58,898 nucleotides of DNA from Kiloniellales bacterium (GTDB taxonomy: Bacteria; Pseudomonadota; Alphaproteobacteria; Kiloniellales; JBOHKJ01). The stretch spans positions 1 through 58,898 of the forward strand of contig JBOHKJ010000288.1 of NCBI GenBank assembly GCA_050728975.1. The letters run 5' to 3'. Shown in pieces: positions 36,918 through 45,294 of this stretch. The position numbers and the translations under genes were made by a program. The notes beneath the pieces are model-generated. The model searched no databases, had not been told where the DNA came from, and saw only the letters and a program-made list of their open reading frames with translations. How positions within the stretch are numbered: the first letter of the stretch is position 1; each line of letters opens with the position of its first letter.

Positions 36918-39900
36918 TTGAAAAGAATGAGATGTCACTATTGCGGCGCGGCGGTTCGCGATCGAGATGACATCTGCAGTTCCTGCGGCCGTGACCTGAC
37001 ATTGGCCTTCGCCAAGTGCTGGTCGTGCGGCGGCGCCAATCCCGGGAACCAGAAATTCTGCGGCCATTGCGGAGCCTTTCTTTCCGCAGGCCCGCCCAGT
37101 GCTTCGGAAGAGGTTCTGCCGCCGGCGGCGCAACGGGGCAGCGATGCAGCCTCCGATCGCCGGCAGGTCACGGTTCTGTTCGTCGATCTAGTCGGCTCGA
37201 CGGAGATTTCGCGCCGCCTCGATCCCGAGGATCTGAGCGAACTGCTCGGCGCGATACAAAAGTGCTGCGACGAGGTCATCACGCGATTTGAGGGCTTTAC
37301 TGCTCAGCTCCTGGGCGATGGCATCCTTGCCTACTTCGGCTATCCGAAGGCCCATGAGGACGATCCCGAGCGGGCAGTGCGGGCGGGGCTGGGTGTCATT
37401 CAGGCCATGGGGGCCGTCAGCCGCCATTTCGATCAGGATATCGCGCTTCGGGTCGGCATCGCGACAGGTACGGTTCTGACGGGCAACCGGACTGTGCTAG
37501 GCGGCCCGGTGTCCCTCGCAGTTGTCGGCGATACGCCCAATCTGGCCGCCCGGCTTCAGGGCATCGCGAGACCGAACAGCGTCGTCGTCTCGCAATCGAC
37601 CAAGGACATCTTGCGGAAGCTGTTCGACTTCAAGGACCTCGATCGGCAAAGGCTGAAGGGGTTCGGCGACCCGGTCGGCGCCTGGGAGGTCACCAGCGAG
37701 CGCCCCGTAATGACCCGCTTCGAAGCGCTCAGATCCGATGTTCATGCACCGCTGGTGGGCAGGCGGGAAGAACTGGCGTTGCTGAATAGCCGCTGGGATC
37801 TGGCGAAGAGAGGAACCGGTCAGATCGTATTGTTGACCGGAGAGGCGGGCATCGGGAAATCGCGGATCATCGAGAATTTTCGACGCGCGACAGCGGCCGA
37901 TGGGATGATTCTCGTCTTTCAATGTTCGTCCCACTACGCCAACAGCGCGCTGTTCCCGGTCATCGCACAAATGGAGAAGACGATCGGCTTGCTGCCGGAG
38001 GATGGCAAGGAGGCACGTCTCGAGAAGCTCAAGAAGAGCATATCTGCGGTGCTGGCCGACTCCAGCCTCGCTGTGCCGCTCTTTGCGAGGCTGCTGTCGA
38101 TTCAAGTCGATGGGGACGAGTCGGCCGCGGCAATGAGCGCGCAGCGCTGGAGGGAGGCGACCTTCCGCGTGCTTCTTGGCTACCTGGAAGCTCTGTCCAA
38201 GACCGAGCCTCTCCTCGTGATTGTCGAAGACGCTCATTGGATCGACCCCAGCACGCTCGAGCTGATCGAGTTGATGAGGGGCTGGATCCGTTCGGCTCGT
38301 GTGCTTTTGATCGTCACGGCGCGGCCCGAGTTCATGCCGTCTTGGACGACAACGCCCGGACTCTCCATGTTGACGCTCAATCGATTGAGCGCAAGCGAGA
38401 GCGCGACCTTGGTGCGCGGCTTGCCCGGCTCGGGCAGCTTGCCGGAGGACGTCGTGGCAAAGCTTTGCGATCGGGGTGACGGCGTGCCGCTGTTCATCGA
38501 GGAGCTTGCCTTGTCGCTCCTGTCATCGGGAAGCCAAGACGATCCGGCATCGGCGTCGGTCCGGCAGAACAAGGAGTCGGGATTCTCCATTCCAGCCACC
38601 CTCCAGGATTCCCTGATGGCCAGACTGGACATGCTCGGTCCGAGCAAAGACTTGGCACAGATCGCTGCGGCAATCGGCAGAGACTTCAGTCTCGATCTCC
38701 TGGAGGAGATTGCCGAGCGGCCGATTGCAGAGCTTCAAGGTGCCATGGATTCCATGATCCGCGCCGCTTTGATCTATAGCAGCGGCGTACCGCCGCACTG
38801 GAACTACAGCTTCAAGCACACCCTGGTGCAGGATGCGGCTTATTCGAGCTTGCTGCGAGGGCGCCGGAAGAAACTGCACGGCCGGATCGCAGAGGTGCTC
38901 GAGGGCCGGTTTCAGCGCAGCAAGCCGGAACTGATCGCCCATCACTACACGCTGGCTCGCAACCCGCAAAAGGCGATCGAGTACTGGGAGGAGGCGGGTC
39001 GGCGGGCGCTTCGCAGCTCGGCCGACCGCGAGGCTGTCGGCCATTTCGAGCGCGCAACCCAATTGCTAGGCGAGTTGCCCAGCACGATCGCGACCAAGAG
39101 CCGGGAGCTGTCCCTGAGAATCTTGTTCGGTCCGGCCATGATCAACACGCTGGGGCCCATGAGTCGAGAAGTGCAGGGGAACTACCGGAGGACGGACCGG
39201 CTGTGTCAGGAGCTTTCCGAAAGTTCGGAGCACTTTGCTGCGATCTGGGGCTCCTGGCGCATTACGCGAAGCTTCGAGAAGAAACGCGAGATCGCCGATC
39301 AACTCCTTCGGCTTTCGAATCGGTTGGACGACGAAGGGCTCCGCTTGCAGGCCCATCACACCCAGTGGGCCACGCTCTTTCATCTCGGCTTGCATGAGGA
39401 ATGTGTCCGGCACGTCGACGAAGGCATGCGACTATACAGGCTGCAGGACTATCGGGCGCATGCGTCGCTCTACGGCGGACACGACCCGAAAGTCTGCGGC
39501 TGTGGAGAGGCGGCATTTTCGCTGTGGCTCATGGGGCAGCCACGCGAAGCGCTACTCCGCTCGCGTGACGCGATGGGCTGGGCGCGGCTGATGGCGCACG
39601 CTGGCAGCATAGCGCACGCACTCGACATGAACCTAGTTCTCCAGTTCTTCAGGAGGAACGTGGTGGGCACCATCGAACGCTCCGAGCAGCTGTTGCGCTT
39701 CGCGGAGGAGGAGGGCTTCCCCATCCACAAGGCAAAAGGCAGTATCTACCGCGGATGGGCAATGTGCCGTATGGGGGACGTCGAGCGCGGGTTCAAGCTG
39801 ATGCAGCAGGGCCTCGACTCACAGAAGGAAACCGGCACACGCGAGGATTTTCCGCTCTTCTACAGCATGTTGGCTGAAGTCTTCAGAATGCGTGAGGAGT

Positions 39901-40238
39901 TCGATCGCGGAATTGGTGTCGTGGATCAGGGCGTGTCGGAAGCGGAGGATAGCGGTCTGCAGTACTGGATGGCGGAGCTTTATCGCTGCAAGGGCGAGCT
40001 CCTTCATGCGCGCGGCGATGCCACCGACGAAGCCGAGAAGGTGCTGCAGTTTGCCTGCCGAGTTGCCTCCCATCAAGGCGCATCGCTTCTGGAGCTGCGC
40101 GCCACCAAATCGCTGGCTCGGCTATGGGCGCAAACCGGGCGGCCGAGCCAGGCTCGGGATATACTGGCAACGACGCGGCGCGCGCTCGCCGCCCGCGTGA
40201 AACGTAATGGCATCGACAAGATAGAGGCGCTGCACTGA
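36918..40238 (+). CDS. Double zinc-ribbon / class III adenylate-guanylate cyclase / AAA(STAND) ATPase / TPR multidomain protein
   Basis: CHYCGAAV...CSSCG...CWSCGG...CGHCG. Cyclase domain RRQVTVLFVDLVGSTE...GDGILAYFGYP. P-loop LLTGEAGIGKSR. Long helical-repeat C-terminus. TTG 36918 or ATG 36927 start. Confidence 0.9.
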   Translation: MKRMRCHYCGAAVRDRDDICSSCGRDLTLAFAKCWSCGGANPGNQKFCGHCGAFLSAGPPSASEEVLPPAAQRGSDAASDRRQVTVLFVDLVGSTEISRRLDPEDLSELLGAIQKCCDEVITRFEGFTAQLLGDGILAYFGYPKAHEDDPERAVRAGLGVIQAMGAVSRHFDQDIALRVGIATGTVLTGNRTVLGGPVSLAVVGDTPNLAARLQGIARPNSVVVSQSTKDILRKLFDFKDLDRQRLKGFGDPVGAWEVTSERPVMTRFEALRSDVHAPLVGRREELALLNSRWDLAKRGTGQIVLLTGEAGIGKSRIIENFRRATAADGMILVFQCSSHYANSALFPVIAQMEKTIGLLPEDGKEARLEKLKKSISAVLADSSLAVPLFARLLSIQVDGDESAAAMSAQRWREATFRVLLGYLEALSKTEPLLVIVEDAHWIDPSTLELIELMRGWIRSARVLLIVTARPEFMPSWTTTPGLSMLTLNRLSASESATLVRGLPGSGSLPEDVVAKLCDRGDGVPLFIEELALSLLSSGSQDDPASASVRQNKESGFSIPATLQDSLMARLDMLGPSKDLAQIAAAIGRDFSLDLLEEIAERPIAELQGAMDSMIRAALIYSSGVPPHWNYSFKHTLVQDAAYSSLLRGRRKKLHGRIAEVLEGRFQRSKPELIAHHYTLARNPQKAIEYWEEAGRRALRSSADREAVGHFERATQLLGELPSTIATKSRELSLRILFGPAMINTLGPMSREVQGNYRRTDRLCQELSESSEHFAAIWGSWRITRSFEKKREIADQLLRLSNRLDDEGLRLQAHHTQWATLFHLGLHEECVRHVDEGMRLYRLQDYRAHASLYGGHDPKVCGCGEAAFSLWLMGQPREALLRSRDAMGWARLMAHAGSIAHALDMNLVLQFFRRNVVGTIERSEQLLRFAEEEGFPIHKAKGSIYRGWAMCRMGDVERGFKLMQQGLDSQKETGTREDFPLFYSMLAEVFRMREEFDRGIGVVDQGVSEAEDSGLQYWMAELYRCKGELLHARGDATDEAEKVLQFACRVASHQGASLLELRATKSLARLWAQTGRPSQARDILATTRRALAARVKRNGIDKIEALH

Positions 40239-40285
40239 GCGGTCGGTGGATCGGCGACCGGGATCAAGACAGGGGCATCGGCGAG

Positions 40286-41569
40286 ATGAATGGCTCGGCT
40301 ATAGCGCCGAGAGAAGCAGTCGGGAGAAGGGAGCTCTCGCAGGGCATCGCTCGTCCTGGGGATCGAAAGCGCTATCTCACCGGCACGCACCGGGTTCTGG
40401 CGCCCGCGTTGACCTTGGATCTGGTCCGACCTCACCTCGACGCCATGGGAATTACGCGGATCGCCAACGTGACCGGACTCGATGTCATCGGCATCCCCGT
40501 CGTCATGGTCTGCCGCCCCAACTCCCGCTCCATCTCCGTGGCTCAAGGAAAAGGCGCGACGCTCGAGGCGGCGAAGGCATCTGGCGTCATGGAGGCGATC
40601 GAGACCTTCCACGCGGAGCGCCTGGAAGGGCCTGTATGCGTCGCAAGCTACAGCGAGCTCCGGCAGGAGTTGCCGGTCGTCGACGTGCGACGCTTGGCGC
40701 AATCGCCCAAGACCAGATTCCACGGGGACCTGAGAATTCCTTGGGTGGCGGGCCGCGAGGTGACGACAGGCGAGGCGATCTGGCTGCCCTACGAGGTCGT
40801 GCACACCGACTACAGCCTACCCTTGCCCGAGGGAAGCGGCTGTTTTCCGGCGAACACCAATGGTCTGGCGTCGGGCAATTGCGTTTCGGAGGCGATCAGC
40901 CACGGAATTTGCGAGGCGATTGAGCGGGATGCGGTGACGCTCTGGAAGCGTCGCGGTCGCTCGCTGGGCGATGCGATGGCGATAGATCCCGATTCGGTCG
41001 ACGACCCCCTCTGTCAGGAGCTTCTCGTGAAGTTTCGAGAGGCCGATCTCGACGTCTGCATCTGGAACGCGACTTCGGATATCGGCGTTGCCACCTTCTA
41101 CTCCTTGATCGTGGGGCGTCGCCCCGGCTTCGCCGATCCCGAGTTCGGTTCCGGGTGCCATCCATCGCGGGCGATCGCCCTGGCGCGCGCCCTGACCGAA
41201 GCGGCGCAGGCCCGCACCACCTACATCGCTGGCGTCCGGGACGACTATCTGCCGGAGCTCTACAACGAGGAGGTGCGATCGCGCCGCTTGCAGCACTGTC
41301 GGCGCGCGCTCTCCACCCATCGGCCGATCGATGATTTCCGCAAAACGCCGGACTTCGGCGGAGAGTCCATCGTGGACGATGTCGACTGGTTGACCGACCG
41401 GCTTCGCGAACGCGGACTTGATCAGGTGATCGCGGTCGATTTGACGCGTGAGGAGCTCGGCATTGCAGTCGTCAAGGTCGTCGTTCCCGGCTTGGAGGGA
41501 CCGGACAAGGGCCGCGATAGCGACTATTCGCCCGGGGCGCGGGCACGAGCCCTTAGCGAGGGGCACTAG
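40286..41569 (+). CDS. YcaO-domain protein (ATP-dependent amide-activating enzyme)
   Basis: GIPVVMVCRPNSRSISVAQGKGATLEAAKASGVMEAIE and FPANTNGLASGNCVSEAISHGICEAIERDAV are hallmark YcaO blocks. 427 aa. Confidence 0.9.
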   Translation: MNGSAIAPREAVGRRELSQGIARPGDRKRYLTGTHRVLAPALTLDLVRPHLDAMGITRIANVTGLDVIGIPVVMVCRPNSRSISVAQGKGATLEAAKASGVMEAIETFHAERLEGPVCVASYSELRQELPVVDVRRLAQSPKTRFHGDLRIPWVAGREVTTGEAIWLPYEVVHTDYSLPLPEGSGCFPANTNGLASGNCVSEAISHGICEAIERDAVTLWKRRGRSLGDAMAIDPDSVDDPLCQELLVKFREADLDVCIWNATSDIGVATFYSLIVGRRPGFADPEFGSGCHPSRAIALARALTEAAQARTTYIAGVRDDYLPELYNEEVRSRRLQHCRRALSTHRPIDDFRKTPDFGGESIVDDVDWLTDRLRERGLDQVIAVDLTREELGIAVVKVVVPGLEGPDKGRDSDYSPGARARALSEGH

Positions 41570-41571
41570 AG

Positions 41572-42570
41572 ATGTCTGCCTATGTCTTCCTCGGACCGAC
41601 CTTGCCGGCGACCGAGGCGCGATCGATCTGCGAGGTCCGGATTCTGCCACCCGTGAGACAGGGCGACCTCTATAGGTTGGTCGAGGCCGAGCGGCCGGCG
41701 GCAGTCGGAATCGTCGACGGCGCCTTCCAGCACGTTCCGGCGGTCTGGCACAAGGAAATCCTCTGGGCAATGAAGCGAGGCGTGTATGTCGTCGGAGCGG
41801 CGAGCATGGGTGCGCTTCGGGCCGCTGAGCTCGAAGCCTTCGGCATGAAGGGCGTCGGTGCGGTGTTTGGAGCCTACCGCGATGGCGTTTTGGCCGGCTA
41901 TGACGATGAAGCTTTCGAAGACGACGACGAAGTCGCGGTCATACACGGCCCGCCGGAAACCGGCTACCTGCCGCTTTCCGAAGCGCTCGTCAACATTCGC
42001 GTCACGCTGCGCGCGGCCGAGGCGGCGGGAGTCTTGTCGAGCGCCTTCAGGAGGCGCCTCGCCGCGATCGCCAAGGCGACCTTCTACCAGGAGCGCAGCT
42101 ACGACGGCCTGATTGCGGCGGCCTCGAAGGACGGTTCCCCACCGCACGAGCTCGAAGCCTTCGCCGCCTGGCTGCCAGAATGCCGGATCGATCAGAAACG
42201 GGCGGACGCTCGGTTCCTGTTTTCGACCCTGAAAGAGTGGCTCGAAGGCGACCGCGAGCCGGCGCGCAACTCCTACCGCTTCGTTCATACCACGCTTTGG
42301 CAGAGCGCCATCGAGCGGCTCGAAGCGGGCGCGGCCACGACTCCGGCGAGTGGAACGCCCGACCTCGGTACCGGCGTGGCGGCGCTCGCCGCCCTGGTCT
42401 GGTATTTCGAAGATCGTCTCGGACAAGCGATCCCCCACGATCTGGAGCTTTATGCGAGAGCGCAGGGCTACCGCGATCATCAGGACTTCCGCGACGCCGT
42501 GGCACGTGACTATCGCCGCGCACGGCTCGCCCACGGCATCGACAGCCGGGGCAATGAGGTGGATGCATGA
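41572..42570 (+). CDS. TfuA-like protein with a C-terminal extension
   Basis: YVFLGPTLP...ILPPVRQGDLYRL...AVGIVDGAFQHVPAVWHKEILWAMKRGVYVVGAASMGALRAAEL is the TfuA domain pattern. The gene starts 2 nt after the ycaO stop. Confidence 0.85.
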   Translation: MSAYVFLGPTLPATEARSICEVRILPPVRQGDLYRLVEAERPAAVGIVDGAFQHVPAVWHKEILWAMKRGVYVVGAASMGALRAAELEAFGMKGVGAVFGAYRDGVLAGYDDEAFEDDDEVAVIHGPPETGYLPLSEALVNIRVTLRAAEAAGVLSSAFRRRLAAIAKATFYQERSYDGLIAAASKDGSPPHELEAFAAWLPECRIDQKRADARFLFSTLKEWLEGDREPARNSYRFVHTTLWQSAIERLEAGAATTPASGTPDLGTGVAALAALVWYFEDRLGQAIPHDLELYARAQGYRDHQDFRDAVARDYRRARLAHGIDSRGNEVDA

Positions 42571-43919
42571 CGATGGCGGCGTTTCACCGACTGGACAGCG
42601 AGCTTCAAGGGCGCGGAACCCGTTTTCGGCTCTATCCGCAGATAGCTACCGAAGCGTCATCGCAATCAGAGATCGTTTGGACCTCTCCGCGCCCTGGAAG
42701 TGTTGGTCCCGGACCGAGCGATCGGCGTATGTATGTGGTGCATCCGACGTCCAAACTGGAGCCCTACGAGTTTCCCTTCCTGCCGCCCTACCGGGGGCCG
42801 AGATTCCCGGATGCTCTACCCGATCGTTTTGGACATTTTGACTATCTCGAACCGGGGACGCCGGCCTTCAACGCCGCGCATCTTTACGGCGCAGTACGCC
42901 GCGTGCTCGATATCTGGGAAGCCTATTTCGAGCGCGAAATCCCGTGGCGGTTCCGCGCGCCGCGCAGCCGCCTGGAGTTGATTGCTTTCGTGGATTGGAA
43001 CAACGCCCAGTGCGGTTACGGATATCTCGAGGTCGGCTACGGAGAGTCTGAAACCGGCGGCGCACGGTTGCCCTACTGTCTGAATTTCGATGTGCTGGCC
43101 CACGAGACCGGGCACGGGATCATCTATTCGGAGCTGGGAGTTCCAGCCACACATGCGGTCACTACCGAGTACCGGGGTTTCCAGGAAGCCTCGGCTGACC
43201 TGGTGGCTTTGATCTCCGCTATGCATTTCGACTCGGTCGTCGATCGCGTTCTGCTGAAATCGGCGGGCAACATCTACGCCGAGAACGAGCTCAATCGGAT
43301 CGGCGAGCTGTCGGAAACCGAGCAGATCAGGCATGCGAGCAACGAATACAAGATGTCGGACGTTCCCGACGTGAGGATTCCGCCGGAACTGCTCTCCCAA
43401 CCGGAACTTCATCTTGCCGGGGAGCCATTGACTGGCGCGGGCTTCGACATTCTGGTCGAGATCTATCAGGAGTTGCTGGTAGAACTCGGGCTGATCGATG
43501 GTCGTACCGCCGATCTGTCTTATCACGTTCCCCAGAACCAAGATTCGGCAGGCCTGATTCAAGAGCGTTTCGATCGCGCCTATCGAGGGCGTCATGCCGG
43601 CTTCGCGCTGGCGTTGAGGCAGGCGAGGGACTGCGTCGGGCGCATCCTGGCCTTGGCCTGGTCCGGCTTGAGTCCGGATTTCCTCAGCTATCGTGGCGTC
43701 GCAGCTGCGTTGCTCGACGCCGAGCGGATCGTTTCGGGCGGCCGATTCCGGAGACTCATCGAGGAAAACCTGGCCTGGCGGGAGATTCCCCTGCCGGAGC
43801 CGGCCGGCCGCGCGACATCGCGCGAGGACCTCGCGGGCCCGGCCGCGGCGCGCGCGATCGCCGCCCGGATTCGCCGTCGAGGGGTAAGCGCCCTTCGAAG
43901 GGGTTTTTTGTTGGTATAG
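42567..43919 (+). CDS. Hypothetical zinc-metallopeptidase-like protein (HExxH...ExxxD, gluzincin pattern)
   Basis: ATGA overlap with tfuA and a GAGGTGG SD. VLAHETGHGIIYSELG...FQEASADLVALISAM resembles the thermolysin HExxH plus downstream Glu helix. No signal peptide. Confidence 0.7.
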   Translation: MTMAAFHRLDSELQGRGTRFRLYPQIATEASSQSEIVWTSPRPGSVGPGPSDRRMYVVHPTSKLEPYEFPFLPPYRGPRFPDALPDRFGHFDYLEPGTPAFNAAHLYGAVRRVLDIWEAYFEREIPWRFRAPRSRLELIAFVDWNNAQCGYGYLEVGYGESETGGARLPYCLNFDVLAHETGHGIIYSELGVPATHAVTTEYRGFQEASADLVALISAMHFDSVVDRVLLKSAGNIYAENELNRIGELSETEQIRHASNEYKMSDVPDVRIPPELLSQPELHLAGEPLTGAGFDILVEIYQELLVELGLIDGRTADLSYHVPQNQDSAGLIQERFDRAYRGRHAGFALALRQARDCVGRILALAWSGLSPDFLSYRGVAAALLDAERIVSGGRFRRLIEENLAWREIPLPEPAGRATSREDLAGPAAARAIAARIRRRGVSALRRGFLLV

Positions 43920-43954
43920 AGATAGCGCCCGAGCGCAAACAGAGGAGGTCGTGT

Positions 43955-44533
43955 ATGCAAGAAAACCTTTTGTCTCCGTCAAACATCGTGCTGTTCGGCA
44001 GGCCATTTCCCTTGTCTGTGGACAAAAACTCCATTCCCAAGGGCTTAGGCGAGAATCGATTCCTGGAAAGACAGCTCGGCGCCGTGGGAGCGCGCTTCGC
44101 CAGGATCTACGCCTTTTCCTACGAAGGCAGCTTCTACAACCTCCCAAAGCCGGCCATCTATCTGGTGCACGGCAGGGGCCGGTCGTTGGATCAACTTCCA
44201 GGAGGCAGTTCGAAGACAAAGGATTTCCGTGCTCAGAACATCGGTGCAAGCGTGGACGAAACCGATGTGGTGGCAAAGGAATTCGACTTCCAATCGGGAT
44301 TGATGTTCTGGGAGTACGACAAGTGCGATATTTCGATGCGGATCGATATCGTATCGGGAGCCCTCGACAATGTCCTCCTGGATGCAGCGCTGTCGGTGAC
44401 GGCGCCGGATGCCTTGACGTCGCGTTCGGATCTGATCGCGCGCTCGGATTTAACCTCGCGCTCCGATCTCACGTCCCGCTCGGATCTCTCCTCGCGGTCA
44501 GATTTGACGGCGCGGCATCGCTTGAAAGGATAG
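43955..44533 (+). CDS. Hypothetical 192-aa protein with a C-terminal six-fold hexapeptide repeat (candidate modification substrate)
   Basis: GAGGAGG lies 7 nt before the ATG. Balanced composition. Visibly less GC-rich at the 5' end than its neighbours. Tail: TSRSDL IARSDL TSRSDL TSRSDL SSRSDL TARHRL KG. Confidence 0.7.
   Translation: MQENLLSPSNIVLFGRPFPLSVDKNSIPKGLGENRFLERQLGAVGARFARIYAFSYEGSFYNLPKPAIYLVHGRGRSLDQLPGGSSKTKDFRAQNIGASVDETDVVAKEFDFQSGLMFWEYDKCDISMRIDIVSGALDNVLLDAALSVTAPDALTSRSDLIARSDLTSRSDLTSRSDLSSRSDLTARHRLKG
44417..44524 (+). repeat. Six in-frame 18-bp tandem repeats
   Basis: acgtcgcgttcggatctg / atcgcgcgctcggattta / acctcgcgctccgatctc / acgtcccgctcggatctc / tcctcgcggtcagatttg / acggcgcggcatcgcttg. 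Confidence 0.95.
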
Positions 44534-44598
44534 AGCTAAATCGAATCGCCCGATTCTCGGCGGCAATGGTGGACAGACATCGCGCTACAGGCTTGCCG

Positions 44599-45294
44599 CT
44601 AGATCCCCAGAACGTCTTCCACCAGCCGGGACAGACGGTGCACATCGTTGACCACGATCTTGTTGCCCTGTCGCTCGATGAGTCCCGACTTGGAAAGTTT
44701 GCTCAGCTCGCGAGTGACGGCCTCCCGATGCGTGCTGATGCGGCTTGCTATCGCACTGTGGGTCGGAGCCGGAGAGATTGCAGCGCGATTCTCGTTCAGC
44801 ATGTTGGAGCGCGCCAGCCGCAGGAGCTCGGCGTGAATCCGGTTGCGGACGCTGAGGGCCGAAACCTCGAACACTCGCTCGGAGAGTGAGCGGACGGTTT
44901 CCGCCAGGCGCTTCAGGGTTACCACCGCGAAATCGGGATGCTCGTGTAGAACGCGCCCGAACTGCTGCGCCGTCAGCGACGCGATCGTGCAATTGGAAAG
45001 GGCGACAACGCCGGCCGATCGCGGCTTGCCGTCGATTGCCGCCAATTCCCCGAACATCTCGCCGGCGGCCATGTCGCGAAAAGTGACCTCTTTGCCTGCA
45101 GGCGAGTAGACCGTGACGCGCACGCTGCCAGAGACGATGAAGAAGACGTCGGACGATTCGTCTTGGTGCCCGATAATTTGCTGGTCGCGCAGGTACTCGT
45201 GCCACCGCACCAGGCGCTCAAGAGCCGTGATCGTGTCGGGCGCGACCGACTCGAGTGCGCGCAGCTTGCTCAAGGATTTGTCGGACTGCGGCAT
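44599..45294 (-). CDS. Crp/Fnr family transcriptional regulator (cNMP-binding domain plus HTH)
   Basis: cNMP-binding fold FFIVSGSVRV...FGELAAIDGKPRSAGVVA. C-terminal HTH THSAIASRISTHREAVTRELSKLSKSGLI. No N-terminal Fnr-type Cys cluster. Confidence 0.9.
   Translation of the reverse strand: MPQSDKSLSKLRALESVAPDTITALERLVRWHEYLRDQQIIGHQDESSDVFFIVSGSVRVTVYSPAGKEVTFRDMAAGEMFGELAAIDGKPRSAGVVALSNCTIASLTAQQFGRVLHEHPDFAVVTLKRLAETVRSLSERVFEVSALSVRNRIHAELLRLARSNMLNENRAAISPAPTHSAIASRISTHREAVTRELSKLSKSGLIERQGNKIVVNDVHRLSRLVEDVLGI

Noticed and set aside
42816-44276. 486-aa minus-strand ORF, and the 312-aa plus-strand ORF 43951..44889, both overlapping the HExxH and repeat-protein genes
   Set aside because: Both are Arg/Pro/Gly/Ala-rich with low-complexity composition, typical of off-frame translation of GC-rich DNA. 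Neither has motifs or an SD. The chosen frames have recognisable motifs, SD sequences and start-stop coupling.
44417-44524. Possible CRISPR array or neutral VNTR
   Set aside because: The units are contiguous with no spacers, 18 bp long, in frame within an ORF and conserved at the amino-acid level. This is not CRISPR-like.
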